Assembly (NCBI RefSeq): GCF_006345805.1
Contig: NC_043022.1
Coordinates: forward strand, 5,208,001-5,272,000
Reading direction: 5' to 3'
DNA from: Octopus sinensis
Taxonomy: Eukaryota
DNA: 64,000 nt
Shown: one piece after another, positions 26,540-39,054 of the stretch
Numbering within the stretch: position 1 is the first letter of the stretch
Layout of the letters: every line of letters starts with the position of its first letter
The notes under the pieces: model-generated
Database searches by the model: none
What the model saw: only the letters and a program-made list of their open reading frames with translations
Told to the model about the DNA's origin: nothing
Translations under genes and position numbers: made by a program

Positions 26540-26770
26540 GAAATGTGCAAGAATTCAAGACATTGAGGAAATCCAGAAAGAATGTGATGAAATATTATCC
26601 CCTAAAAAGAAGTCCCAGGAATGTTTCCATCAATGGAAACGATGCTGGATAAAGCGTGTGGCTCCAGGACGGGATTACTTTGAAAGAGATTAAATGCCGA
26701 ATTGATATGGGTTGGAGTTTTACTTTTTATAGCACCAGTCCAGATGCTTTTTGATCAGACCTCTTATATA
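26540..26770 (+). pseudogene. Second mariner 3' end of the same family
   Basis: FQDIEEIQ...QECFHQWK..WIKRV...DYFERD*; terminus gatcagacctcttata. Confidence 0.7.
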
Positions 26771-26789
26771 TATTGGCATTTTGGCATGT

Positions 26790-27920
26790 AAAAAGCACCA
26801 TTCAAGCATGGCCAATGCTAGTACTGCCTGACTGGTGCCCATGCTGGTGGCATGTAAAAAGCACAATTTGAACGTGGTCGATGCCAGTGCTACCTGACTG
26901 GCACCTGTGCAGGTGGCACATAAAAAGCACAATTTGAACATGGCCGATGCCAGTGCCACCTGACTGGCACCTGTGCAGGTGGCACGTAAAAAGCACAATT
27001 TGACGTGGTCGATGCCAGTGCTACCTGACTGGCACCTGTGCAGGTGGCATGTAAAAAGCACAATTTGAACGTGGTCGATGCCAGTGCTACCTGACTGGCA
27101 CCTGTGCAGGTGGCACGTAAAAAGCACAATTTGAACGTGGTCGATGCCAGTGCTACCTGACTGGCACCTGTGCAGGTGGCATGTAAAAAGCACAATTTGA
27201 ACGTGGTCGATGCCAGTGCTACCTGACTGGCACCTGTGCAGGTGGCACGTAAAAAGCACAATTTGAACGTGGTCGATGCCAGTGCTACCTGACTGGCACC
27301 TGTGCAGGTGGCACGTAAAAAGCACAATTTGAACGTGGCCGATGCCAGTGCCACCTGACTGGCACCTGTGCAGGTGGCACGTAAAAAGCACAATTTGAAC
27401 GTGGTCGATGCCAGTGCCACCTGACTGGCACCTGTGCAGGTGGCACGTAAAAAGCACAATTTGAACGTGGTCGATGCCAGTGCTACCGGACTGGCACCTG
27501 TGCAGGTGGCATGTAAAAAGCACAATTTGAACGTGGCCGATGCCAGTGCCACCTGACTGGCACCTGTGCAGGTGGCACATAAAAAGCACAATTTGAACAT
27601 GGCCGATGCCAGTGCTACCTGACTGGCACCTGTGCAGGTGGCACGTAAAAAGCACAATTTGAACGTGGCCGATGCCAGTGCCACCTGACTGGCACCTGTG
27701 CAGGTGGCACGTAAAAAGCACAATTTGAACGTGGTCGATGCCAGTGCTACCTGACTGGCACCTGTGCAGGTGGCATGTAAAAAGCACAATTTGAACGTGG
27801 TTGATGCCAGTGCCACCTGACTGGCACCTGTGCAGGTGGCACGTAAAAAGCACAATTTGAGCATGGTTGATGCCAGTGTAACATCTGACTAGCTCCTGTG
27901 CCGGTGGGATATAAAAAGCA
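26790..27920 (+). repeat. 66-bp tandem array (about 17 units) in an RTE 3' UTR copy that ends near 28035
   Basis: Unit aaaaagcacaatttgaacgtggtcgatgccagtgctacctgactggcacctgtgcaggtggcacgt, followed by cactctcacagtggttggc and a gatgatgag tail. Confidence 0.95.
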
Positions 27921-28194
27921 CCCACTACACTCTCACAGTGGTTGGCATCCAGAGCATTCAGCTGTGGAAACCTTGCTAGATGAGACTGTAGCCTGGTGCA
28001 GCCTCCTGGCTTGCCAGGACATTAAATGATGAGGATTTAATATATATATATATATGCATGTATAGATTAAAAAGGTTGGCTTATTAGATCCTAAAGGCAA
28101 AATTGATAGAGGTCCCAAAAGTGACAGAGGGTATTGACTAGCACTGCTTTTGCTAAAAATAAGAGTTAAAACAACTCTAAAACCACAAAAGCGG

Positions 28195-28517
28195 GGTGGA
28201 AGCACTCCGTCGGTTACGACGACGAGGGTTCCGGTTGATCCGATCAATGGAACAGCCTGCTCGTGAAATTAACGTGTAAGTGGCTGAGCACTCCACAGAC
28301 ACGTGCACCCTTAACGTAGTTCTCGGGGATATTCAGTGTGACACAGAGAATGACAAGGCCGGCCCTTTGAAATACAGGTACAACAGAAAAAGGAAGTAAG
28401 AGTGAGAGAAAGTTGTGGTGAAAGAGTACAGCAGGGGATCACCACTATCCCCTGCCGGAGCCTTGTGGAGCTTTAGGTGTTTTCGCTCAATAAACACTCA
28501 CAACGCCCGGTCTGGGA
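28195..28517 (-). mobile_element. Chimeric SINE: type B body with type C tail
   Basis: 28380-28517 aligns to 825-935; 28195-28375 aligns to the tails at 14100-14270. Confidence 0.75.
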
Positions 28518-29015
28518 AAAACCCACAAAAGCACAGTGTGCATAGTCAAATTGCAATTTTGGATTTTGCTATAGACCATCTTAATCCTCATCAGCAACTC
28601 TTAACGTTGCCTGGGGTTAAACTGAACTTCCTCTGTCAGTCTTGTAAGTAAAACTGTTGAAAACATTTGCGGATTTTCAAAAAAGTAAAAGTGTAAACAA
28701 CAAATACATGTGTGTGTGTGTGTGTGTGTATTTTTTCTTTTACTGGGTTCAGGCATTTGACTGAGGCCATGCTGGAGCACCACTTTTAGTCAAACGAATC
28801 AACCCCAATACTTACTCTTCGTAAACCTAGTACTTATTCTATCGGTCCCTTTTGCTGAGCCACTAAGTTACGCGGATGTAAACACACCAGCATCGGTTGT
28901 CAAGCGATGGTGGGGAGGACAAACACAGACACACAGACACACAAATACATACGACTGTAATCCCAAAAGTAAGGTTTCCAAAAATATTTAGAAATCACAG
29001 AAACGTTTATTGTCA

Positions 29016-29403
29016 ACTAGCAGTATCGCCTGGCGTTGCTCGGGTTTGTAAGGGAAATAACTATAAAGCATTTTTAGAGAGTTATAGCCAAAAAATAGAA
29101 AAAAAATGGGGAAAAAAATGATGGTAAATTTTTTTTTGAGAGTTAAAAAGGTCGAGTTGCGTCCCCTAGACAGTCTGTGGTTTGTGTTTCTGATTCTCGA
29201 CCCCATGTCGAATTTATCGATTTTTTTCAGAACTGGGGGAACTTTTCAAAATTTTCACTGCGTTAGTTTTGAATTATGACATTGGGCTATGTGTGTGTCA
29301 AGTTTCATCAGAATCGGTTGAAAGCCGTGGTCAGGGTGAGGGTACAACCTGACAGACACACAGACACGCACACAGACAAACTGCCGTTTATATAGAGAGA
29401 GAT
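29016..29403 (+). mobile_element. Second Helentron/HINE-like element
   Basis: Same first ~68 bp as 25436, different interior; ends gacagacacacagac...tttatatagagagagat. Confidence 0.55.
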
Positions 29404-29437
29404 GACGTTTACGTCATTTTAAAGTTTGAACATTTAT

Positions 29438-30420
29438 CTATTTTTCTACATAATTGCCATTTCGGTCGATGCATTTTTGTAGGCACTGGGACAGTTTTTG
29501 TATGCTCACCGCCATGTCTTTGAGGACCTCGTCTTTCACCCTGTCGTAATTGCTGAAGCGTGTTCCGGCCAAATGTTCTTTCATGTTAGGGAACAGGTGG
29601 TAGTCCGGACTATGAGGTGGGTTGCCGTTTATGGTCATCTCTGAACGTTCGTGGGACCCATCTTCTGCACGCCTTCTGATATTGCAACTTTTCACTCAAA
29701 ACCCTATGAATGGTGCTTCAGGAACCCCCAGCAACCAAAATGCAGAGATAATAATAATAATAATAATTGTGCACAGTGCTCAGGTGCACTACAACTCATC
29801 TAAAGTGTATATATAATCAGGTGTAGTTTCGGCAGATTTTTGGAAAGCACGAGGGCCTTAAAGGATGCAGTGTCATGGCAGTCAACAGCTGACGCAGGCA
29901 GTTTATTCCATGCTTCAGCAACTCTGAGCGTGAAAAAATGTTTCCGAAAGTCATGGGAGCTGTGTTGTTTTCTGACTTTGTAGGCATGTCCACGTGTGTT
30001 GGACACATGGAGATCAAAAGGGTGTTCAGTGTTGTTGTTGGTGAGGTGACAATTTTAGAGATATGCTTTGTCCAACGCAAATCACTGCTGACAGTGATGC
30101 CTAGGTCACGCTCGCAAGAGGATTTCTTGATATCAGTGTTGTGGAGGGCATCCACAATGATCCACCAATTTTTAAGCAGGATTTGCTCAACCTTTACCAC
30201 TGTCTCATTGGAAATTGATGGTCACCCACTTCTTTCTTCATCATGAATTTCAGTATGACGAGCTGCAAACTCCCTACACCACTTGTAGCCCTTTTTTGAC
30301 ATCCATTCACAACTCGCCATAAACACTCCAATTAATTAGCAATGGATCTCAATTGTGTTCAAAAACCGAATAACTACCCTAACTTCACACTTGGCGGCAG
30401 CATCAATTGGGAGCTCCATC
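29438..30420 (-). pseudogene. Deleted mariner fossil interrupted by a CR1 3' end
   Basis: N-terminal KWCREF...IHDEERSG*PS at 30170-30300; C-terminal SPDYHLFPNMKEHLAGTRF...KCIDRNGNYVEK at 29438-29620. Confidence 0.7.
29754..30150 (-). mobile_element. CR1-type LINE 3' end with (ATT)n tail
   Basis: ERDLGITVSSDLRWTKHI and TRGHAYK...FRKHFFTLRVAEAWNKLP; cacctgagcactgtgcaca then (att)n. Confidence 0.8.
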
Positions 30421-30461
30421 AGACATCACCACCATCGTCATTGTCATCATCATCATCATCG

Positions 30462-30498
<37 letters not shown>

Positions 30499-31071
30499 TC
30501 TCCTCTTCTTCTTCCTCCCCCTCCTCTTTCTCCTCCTCATCATCACCATTATCTCCTCCTCCTCCTCCTCCTTCTTCTCTTCTTCTTCTTCTTCTTCTTC
30601 TTCTTCTTCTACTTCATCACTATTTAAAGTCATCATCATCATCATCATCACTATTTAATGTCCACTTTTTCTATTCTTAGTTGAGGCAGATTTTCTGCAG
30701 TCATTTGCCCTCCCTTTCTGTAACCAAACCTCACTCAGTTCATCAGACTGAGCGTGGCAGCGAGACATATGCAGGGGCAGCAGGTGCAGATGGATGCACA
30801 ACAAACACAGCAGTGTTGCCAATAGCCACACGCACAGTTTTCCTGCGTCCCCACCACTTTGGAGGCCTTGCTTTTGGGATTACCCTCGTACGTACATAAA
30901 TATATATATGTATATACGATGGGCTGCTTTCAGTTTCCATCTGCCAAACGCACTCAAAAGGTTTGATCAGCCCGAAGCTATATTAGAAGACACTTGCCCA
31001 AGGTACCACACAGCCTCTTCTGCACCTATCAATCTATCTATCTATCTATCTATCTATATCTATCTATCTAG

Positions 31072-31154
<83 letters not shown>

Positions 31155-31178
31155 GCTATCTATCTACCTATCTATCTA

Positions 31179-31255
<77 letters not shown>

Positions 31256-31331
31256 ATACATACATACATACATACATACATGCATACATACACATGCACA
31301 CACACACACATAGACATACATGCGTACATGC

Positions 31332-31377
<46 letters not shown>

Positions 31378-31714
31378 TATATATACAGGTATACATACAT
31401 ACAGACAGATTGTTAGACATAGTGCACATTTTCAAATGAGGATTAGATTATAGACTCTTTGACTATTTCTGATATTCTTTTATTCCTGAAGAAAACCAAA
31501 AATATTGTGTACCTTGAAGCAGTACAATATAAATTAGGGAAAGGTTGTAATTAGAAAAATAATTAATTTAGAGCAATTATGTAAATGTTTAGCAATAAAG
31601 AACAACACAACCATACCAGAAAATAAAAATTGAGTGGAAACAATATTTGGAGACATTCAATAAGAGATTAACTATTGTTAAACAGGAATTAGCCCTGTAA
31701 CTTAGAAATTAAAC

Positions 31715-32400
31715 ATCATTATCCTCATCATCATCATCATCATCATTCTCATGATCATCATCCTCATCGTTGTCATCGTCATCATCTCATCATCATCATC
31801 ATCATCATATCTCATCATCATCCTCATCGTTCGTTCATCGTCATCATCATCATCATCATCATCATTCTCATGAATATGTCATCGTTGTCATCGTCATCAT
31901 CATCATCATCATCATCATTCTCATGATCATCATCCTCATCGTTGTCATCGTCATCATCATCATCATCATTCTCATGATCATCATCCTCATCGTTGTCATC
32001 ATCATCATCATCATCATCATCATATATCATGCCTGCAGTGCATTGATGACACTCTAAGTCTTCGCAGTTAAGCAACATTCTTCTCCATCCATTCTTGCCA
32101 TTCTTGTCCATCCAGTGCTTGATATTGTCCATCTGTTGTGTTCTTTGCTTCTTGATTGACTCTCCGCTACTGTTGCTTCCATAATAATGTTTTCCAGACC
32201 TCTGTTTCTTCGAATATGCCCATAGAAGATGAGCTTTTGTTTTTCCACAAAGTTCAGTAGTTGTTGTTTATCCCCAACTTGTCACAGGACCCTTTTCAGT
32301 TGTTCAACTGATTCTTCTAAGAGACTCTTAACATTCTCCTATAAACCCACAGAATAGGTTCAGAGTTTCATGCTTTGCAACCATAAATTCCACTTGGTTA
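31715..32400 (-). mobile_element. RTE (BovB-like) LINE 3' fragment with expanded (GAT)n tail
   Basis: LIFYGHIRRNRGLENIIMEATV motif followed by about 300 bp of GAT-rich repeat. Confidence 0.65.
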
Positions 32401-32409
32401 AATGAAAAC

Positions 32410-33846
32410 TCATTCTTTTATTCTTTTACTTGTTTCATTCATTTGACTGTGGCCATGTTGGAGCACTGCCTTTAGTCAAGCAAATTGACCCCAGGACTTA
32501 TTTTTTGTAAGCCTAGTACTTATTCTGTCAGTCTCTTTTGCTGAACCTCTAATTTACAGGGAAGTAAATACACCAGCATTAGTTGTCAAACGATGGTGGG
32601 GGAGACAAACAGATACACAAACATATACACACACACATGCACACACTCACATATATATATACGACGGGCTTCTTTCAGTCTCCATCTACCAAATCCACTC
32701 ACAAGGCTTTGGTCGGTCTGAAGCTACAGTATAAGACACTTGCCCAAGATGCCATGCAGTAGGACTGAACTCGGAACCGTGTGGTTGGTAAGCAAGCTAC
32801 TTACCACACAGCCACTCCTACAAACCATTTTAAAAAACTTAATTGGGACATTTTTGCTGCTCCAAATGTTAAGCATTTCCATGGACCTTCTTACCATGGC
32901 CTTCCTCCTAATTTCTCTCTTAAATGTAGCTTCGGCAGTTAAATATCTACCAAAAAAATAGAATTGGCATTTTCTGCAAGGCATGTTACCTCAGCAAACT
33001 TGACACATCCCAACAAAGAATGGTTTCAAACACAACATTCCTCAACAAAAGATGAATTGGTGGAGAAAACTACCCTCACCAGTTTATATCTCTTTCTCTC
33101 TCTTTTCTCTTTTACTTGTTTCAGTCATTTGACTGTGGCCATGCTGGAGCACCGCCTTTAGTCGAGCAACTCGACCCCGGGACTTATTCTTTTGTAAGCC
33201 CAGTACTAATTCTTTTGTAAGCCCAGTACTTATTCTATCAGTCTCTTTTGCTGAACCGCTAAGTGACGGGGACATAAACACACCAGCATTGGTTGTCAAG
33301 CAATGCTAGGGGGACAAACACAGACACACAAACACACACATGCATTATATATATATATATATATATACATATATACGACGGGCTTCTTTTCAGTTTCCGT
33401 CTACCAAATCCACTCACAAGGCTTTGGTCGGCTCGAGGCTATAGTAGAAGACACTTGCCCAAGGTGCCACGCAGTGGGACTGAACCCAGAACCATGTGGT
33501 TGGTAAACAAGCTACTTACCACACAGCCACTCCTGCGCCTATGTAATGAATTTTTGAATGACTAGATAGGATTTCTGCAGGAAAAGGGTGAAAAGATGTC
33601 AATGAAAAGAGTCTGGTAGCAGAAGAGGGCAGATGAATGAAATGTATTTGGTTTCACATTTTGGCAGAAGGCCAGCAATATTGAGGGAGGGTGTAAGTCG
33701 ATTACATCGACCCCAGTGTACAACTGGTACTTATTTTATTGACCCCGAAAAGATGAAAGGCAAAATCAGCCTCAGCGGAATCTGAACTCAGAACTTAGAA
33801 ACAAATAAAAGGCCACTGAGTACTTTGTCTCACCAGCTCACTGCTC

Positions 33847-33884
<38 letters not shown>

Positions 33885-34843
33885 TAATAATATTAATAAT
33901 AATAATAATAATATTAATAATAATAATAATAATAATAATCCTTTCTACTATTGGCACAAAGCCTGGATTTTTGTGGGGAGGAGACAATCAATCCAATCGA
34001 CCCCAGTATTTGACTGGTACTTAATTTATTGATCCCGAAAGGATGAAAGGCAAAGTCAACCATGACAGAATTTGAGCTCAGAACATTAGGACAGACGAAA
34101 TGCTGTGAAGCATTTTACCTGGGGTTCTAATGATTCTGCCAACTTAGTTAACGAGAAACTTAATTGAAACCAATCAGTAATTTACTGAGATATGAGACAA
34201 GGAATCAATAAATGTGACAGCGGTTCCGTCTCAAGAAGATACAGTCATATTTGGAGAGAAAATTTGGAGGAGCAATTGAAAAGAGATTGATCTGAGTGGA
34301 GGATGAGAGGAAAACATCTGGATGTAAGATTATTGTTGTATGGAATGCAAGACTTAGAAAAAAGAATGGCAAAACCCTTGAGACTGAGATTCAAAGACTT
34401 CAGACAGAAAAAGAATGGATTTGATTACTCTTTACTCTTTTACTCTTTTACTTGTTTCAGTCATTTGACTGCGGCCATGCTGGAGCACCGCCTTTTTTAA
34501 TTGAGCAACTCGACCCCAGGATTTATTCTTTTGTAAACCCAGTACTTATTCTATCGGTCTCTTTTGCCGAACCGCTAAGTAACGGGGACATAAACACACC
34601 AGTATCGGTTGTCAAGTAATGCTAGGGGGACAAACACAGACACACAAACACACACACGCATATATATCTATATATATATATACGACGGGCTTCTTTCAGT
34701 TTCCGTCTACCAAATCCACTCACAAGGCTTTGGTCGGCCCGAGGCTATAGTAGAAGACACTTGCCCAAGGTACCACGCAGTGGGACTGAACCCAGAACCA
34801 TGTGGTTGGCAAACAAGCTACTTACCACACAGCCACTCCTGCG
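32410..34843 (-). mobile_element. Cluster of three SINE A copies (32410-32820, 33100-33540, 34430-34843) with two SINE D fragments
   Basis: Direct similarity to the other copies, all on the minus strand. Confidence 0.85.
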
Positions 34844-35189
34844 AATATTGGTATAAAAAGAATTGATTTTCGATCCGAGGTATTTATTGATCTTTACCAG
34901 CAAGTTCTCAATGGAACTGCCAAACTAGCAGAAGCAAAACTGATACCTAGAATCAATGCTTGTCACCAGGCAAGACACTTTCGGGTTGTTGTGTGCCAGA
35001 ATTTCATGTACAAAGTACGTACAGTCTGCCTGAACTTCTTCCTCCAAGATCTCTTCAGTAGCAATAATATTGTTGCACAACTGGCTAACCGGGGTGGTGA
35101 GTAGCCAGTGATGCTGAATTTGGCTGCATGCTGTTCCTCAGAAATAACGAGAACCAGTGAAGAATTTCTTTGATGAGACCATTATTTAC

Positions 35190-35985
35190 ACATCATTTTA
35201 CAATACTTATAGTTGTATTTAATGTGGAGAGAGTGTAAGCATCCTGAGAGAAAAGTTGGACATAAGAAGCATCAGATGCGGTGTGCAAGAGAGACAGCTG
35301 TGTTGGTATGGTCAAGTGATGCATATGGATGAGGACAGCTGTGGGAGGAACCTGTGGAAGAGGTAGACCCAGGAAGACATGGGATGAGGTGGTGAAGCAT
35401 GATCTTTGAATGTTGGGCCTCACAGATGCAATGACAAGCGACCAAGACCTTTGGAGAGATATGCTGTGCTTGAGAAGACCCATGAAGCCAAGTGAGATTG
35501 TAGTCATGGCCGATGCCAGTGTTACACAACTGGTCCATTTAAAAGCATCCTTCAATCAGGTGAGATGCTGTGCTTGTGAAGACCTGTTGAACCGAGTGAA
35601 ATCATAGTCGTGGCTGACCGGCACCTGTGCTGGTGGCACTTAAAAAGCACCATTTAAGCATTGGGCCTTATGGAGGCAGTGACAAGTGACCAAGACCTTT
35701 GGCGATATACCATTCTTCTGTAAACCTGTCAAGCTAAGTGAAACCATTGTTGTGGCCGATGGTGGTGTCAGGTCAATGGTACCCATGCTGTGGCATGTAA
35801 AAAACACCCACTTGGAGTGGTTGACATTAGGAAGAGCATCCAGCCATAGAAACCTTGCCAAATCAGAGCAGAACCTGGTTCCCCCCTCCCACATCAGCTT
35901 ACCAGTTTCCAGTCAAACTGTCCAACCCATGCTAGCATGGAAAGTAGACATTAAATGATGATGATGATGATGATGGTGATGATGA
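35190..35985 (+). mobile_element. RTE LINE ORF2 C-terminus plus 3' UTR plus (GAT)n tail
   Basis: QER.LCWYGQVMHMDED, GRPRKTWDEVVKHDL, then 3' UTR with acctgtgctggtggcac..aaaaagcacc units. Links the tandem units to an RTE. Confidence 0.8.
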
Positions 35986-36123
35986 GCTGGATGAATTGTT
36001 AACATACATCCCAACTACAGGGTTCCAGTTTCAGTCCCACTGCATAGCACCTTGAGCAAATGTCAGCTTTGGGCTGACCAAAATCTTGTCAGTGGATATA
36101 TGTATATATATATATATACATAT

Positions 36124-38600
36124 ATTAATCAATATAGGGTGGCAAGGAAAATTTTGTAGAATTTTATTGCCACCAGCGGCCCAGTGGGAAAAAATTAAAT
36201 AGTCATAGACCATTTTTAAGTTCAACATTAACAATTAAGGAACGGCCATAATAGGCCATTCACCCACTAGAAATAACAGCCAAAGCTTCTACCGCAAATA
36301 AAGATTAATTCCGTAAACAGGAGAAAATTAAAAAAACATTTACCCTGTAATTTCTTGTACGGTATACCGTTTCATCCGCTGTTTAATGGTAAACTAACCT
36401 GATTAAATTAAATCAAGCCAATCTTCCATAAGCCCTCGGATTCTTCAGCAAGAAATAGCTCAAGTCGGAACAGATATTTACACGAGGCATACCCAATCTT
36501 GCCAGGCAATATCTGACCTAAAATTTTCAAATCGTCGCACTCGCGCCAAATTTATCGGCAGCAAATAAATATCAGCAGCGTCGATTCATTACGGAATTAA
36601 CCAAAAAATTCATAATTAATCAATATAGGGTGGCAAGGAAAATTTTGTAGAATTTTATTGCCACCAGCGGCCCAGTGGGAAAAAATTAAATAGTCATAGA
36701 CCATTTTTAAGTTCAACATTAACAATTAAGGAACGGCCATAATAGGCCATTCACCCACTAGAAATAACAGCCAAAGCTTCTACCGCAAATAAAGATTATT
36801 CCGTAAACAGGAGAAAATTAAAAAAATATTTACCCTGTAATTTCTTGTACGGTATACCGTTTCATCTGCTGTTTATGGTAAACTAACCTGATAATTAAAT
36901 AAATCAAGCCAATCTTCCATAAGCCCTCGGATTCTTCAGCAAGAAATAGCTCAAGTCGGAACAGATATTTACACGAGGCATACCCAATCTTGCCAAGGCA
37001 ATATCTGACCTAAAATTTTCAAATCGTCGCACTCGCGCCAAATTTATCGGCAGCAAATAAATATCAGCCGTCGATTCCATTACGGAATTAACCAAAAAAT
37101 TCATAATTAATCAATATAGGGTGGCAAGGAAAATTTTGTAGAATTTTATTGCCACCAGCGGCCCAGTGGGAAAAAATTAAATAGTCATAGACCATTTTTA
37201 AGTTCAACATTAACAATTAAGGAACGGCCATAATAGGCCATTCACCCACTAGAAATAACAGCCAAAGCTTCTACCGCAAATAAAGATTATTCCGTAAACA
37301 GGAGAAAATTAAAAAAACATTTACCCTGTAATTTCTTGTACGTATACCGTTTCATCCGCTGTTTAATGGTAAACTAACCTGATTAAATTAAATCAAGCCA
37401 ATCTTCCATAAGCCCTCGGATTCTTCAGCAAGAAATAGCTCAAGTCGGAACAGATATTTACACGAGGCATACCCAATCTTGCCAGGCAATATCTGACCTA
37501 AAATTTTCAAATCGTCGCACTCGCGCCAAATTTATCGGCAGCAAATAATATCAGCCGTCGATTCCATTACGGAATTAACCAAAAAATTCATAATTAATCA
37601 ATATAGGGTGCAAGGAAAATTTTGTAGAATTTTATTGCCACCAGCGGCCCAGTGGGAAAAAATTAAATAGTCATAGACCATTTTTAAGTTCAACATTAAC
37701 AATTAAGGAACGGCCATAATAGGCCATTCACCCACTAGAAATAACAGCCAAAGCTTCTAACCGCAAATAAAGATTAATTCCGTAAACAGGAGAAAATTAA
37801 AAAAACATTTACCCTGTAATTCTTGTACGGTATACCGTTTCATCCGCTGTTTAATGGTAAACTAACCTGATTAAATTAAATCAAGCAATCTTCCATAAGC
37901 CCTCGGATTCTTCAGCAAGAAATAGCTCAAGTCGGAACAGATATTTACACGAGGCATACCCAATCTTGCCAAGGCAATATCTGACCTAAAATTTTCAAAT
38001 CGTCGCACTCGCGCCAAATTTATCGGCAGCAAATAAATATCAGCCGTCGATTCCATTACGGAATTAACCAAAAAATTCATAATTAATCAATATAGGGTGG
38101 CAAGGAAAATTTTGTAGAATTTTATTGCCACCAGCGGCCCAGTGGGAAAAAATTAATAGTCATAGACCATTTTTAAGTTCAACATTGACAATTAAGGAAC
38201 GGCCATAATAGGCCATTCACCCACTAAATAACAGCCAAAGCTTCTACCGCAAATAAAGATTAATTCCGTAAACAGGAGAAAATTAAAAAAACATTTACCC
38301 TGTTAATTTCTTGTACGGTACCGTTTCATCATCCGCTGTTTAATGGTAAACTAACCTGATTAAATTAAATCAAGCCAATCTTCCATAAGCCCTATTCTTG
38401 CTGAAGAATCCGAGGGCTTATGGAAGATTGGCTTGATTTAATTTAATCAGGTTAGTTTACCATTAAACAGCGGATGAAACGGTATACCGTACAAGAAATT
38501 ACAGGGTAAATGTTTTTTTAATTTTCTCCTGTTTACGGAATTAATCTTTATTTGCGGTAGAAGCTTTGGCTGTTATTTCTAGTGGGTGAATGGCCTATTA
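36124..38600. repeat. About 490-bp tandem array (4.6 units) ending in a 207-bp inverted arm
   Basis: Unit starts at 36124, 36615, 37106, 37593 and 38082; inverted copy at 38394-38600; (TA)n on both flanks. Confidence 0.95.
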
Positions 38601-38639
38601 TATATATACATATATATATATGTGTGTGTGTGTATATAT

Positions 38640-38890
38640 AAAGTTTTCAGATGAGATAAAAAGATAAAAATCCAAGGCTGTCAAAGATTTTAGAACATTT
38701 ATAAATAGAAGGTCTTACAACTGTTTCCGGTATATTTTATATATCCCTTCATTTTCTCACACCATTTTCTCAGACTGTCTCTGATGAAGGGATATATAAA
38801 ATATCCTGGAAACAGCTGTAAGACCTTCTGTTTATAAATGTTCTAAAATCTTTCACAGTCTTGGATTTTTATCTGTTTATCTCATTCTGA
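38640..38890. repeat. Fold-back element carrying a hammerhead
   Basis: Arms 38640-38752 and about 38783-38893 are imperfect reverse complements; (TA)n flanks. Confidence 0.85.
38777..38824 (+). ncRNA. Minimal type I hammerhead ribozyme motif (Penelope-type)
   Basis: GTCT | CTGATGA | stem II aggatat/atatcct region | GAAA | C-AGCT-G | TA | AGAC. Stem I is GTCT/AGAC, stem III has a palindromic AGCT loop, and the cleavage triplet is GUA at 38818-38820. Confidence 0.75.
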
Positions 38891-39020
38891 AAATTTTATA
38901 TATACATACATACATATATATATTTATATATGTATGTATATATAAAATTTTAGAATATATAAAATTTTAGAATTTTAGAATAACCCTCTTTAGCCCTTAA
39001 TTATATGATGTATATATATT

Positions 39021-39054
<34 letters not shown>

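Noticed and set aside
26790-27920. CRISPR-like repeat-spacer appearance
   Set aside because: The variable parts are near-identical, not unique spacers; no cas genes; animal retroelement context.
26720-27925. 401-aa and 324-aa repetitive ORFs
   Set aside because: They are translations of the 66-bp (multiple of three) tandem array in an RTE 3' UTR; no independent coding evidence.
36124-38600. Hammerhead in the 490-bp unit (minus CTGAAGA...GGAAG; CGGATGA...GAAAT)
   Set aside because: No properly placed GAAA, stem III or stem I; not called a ribozyme.
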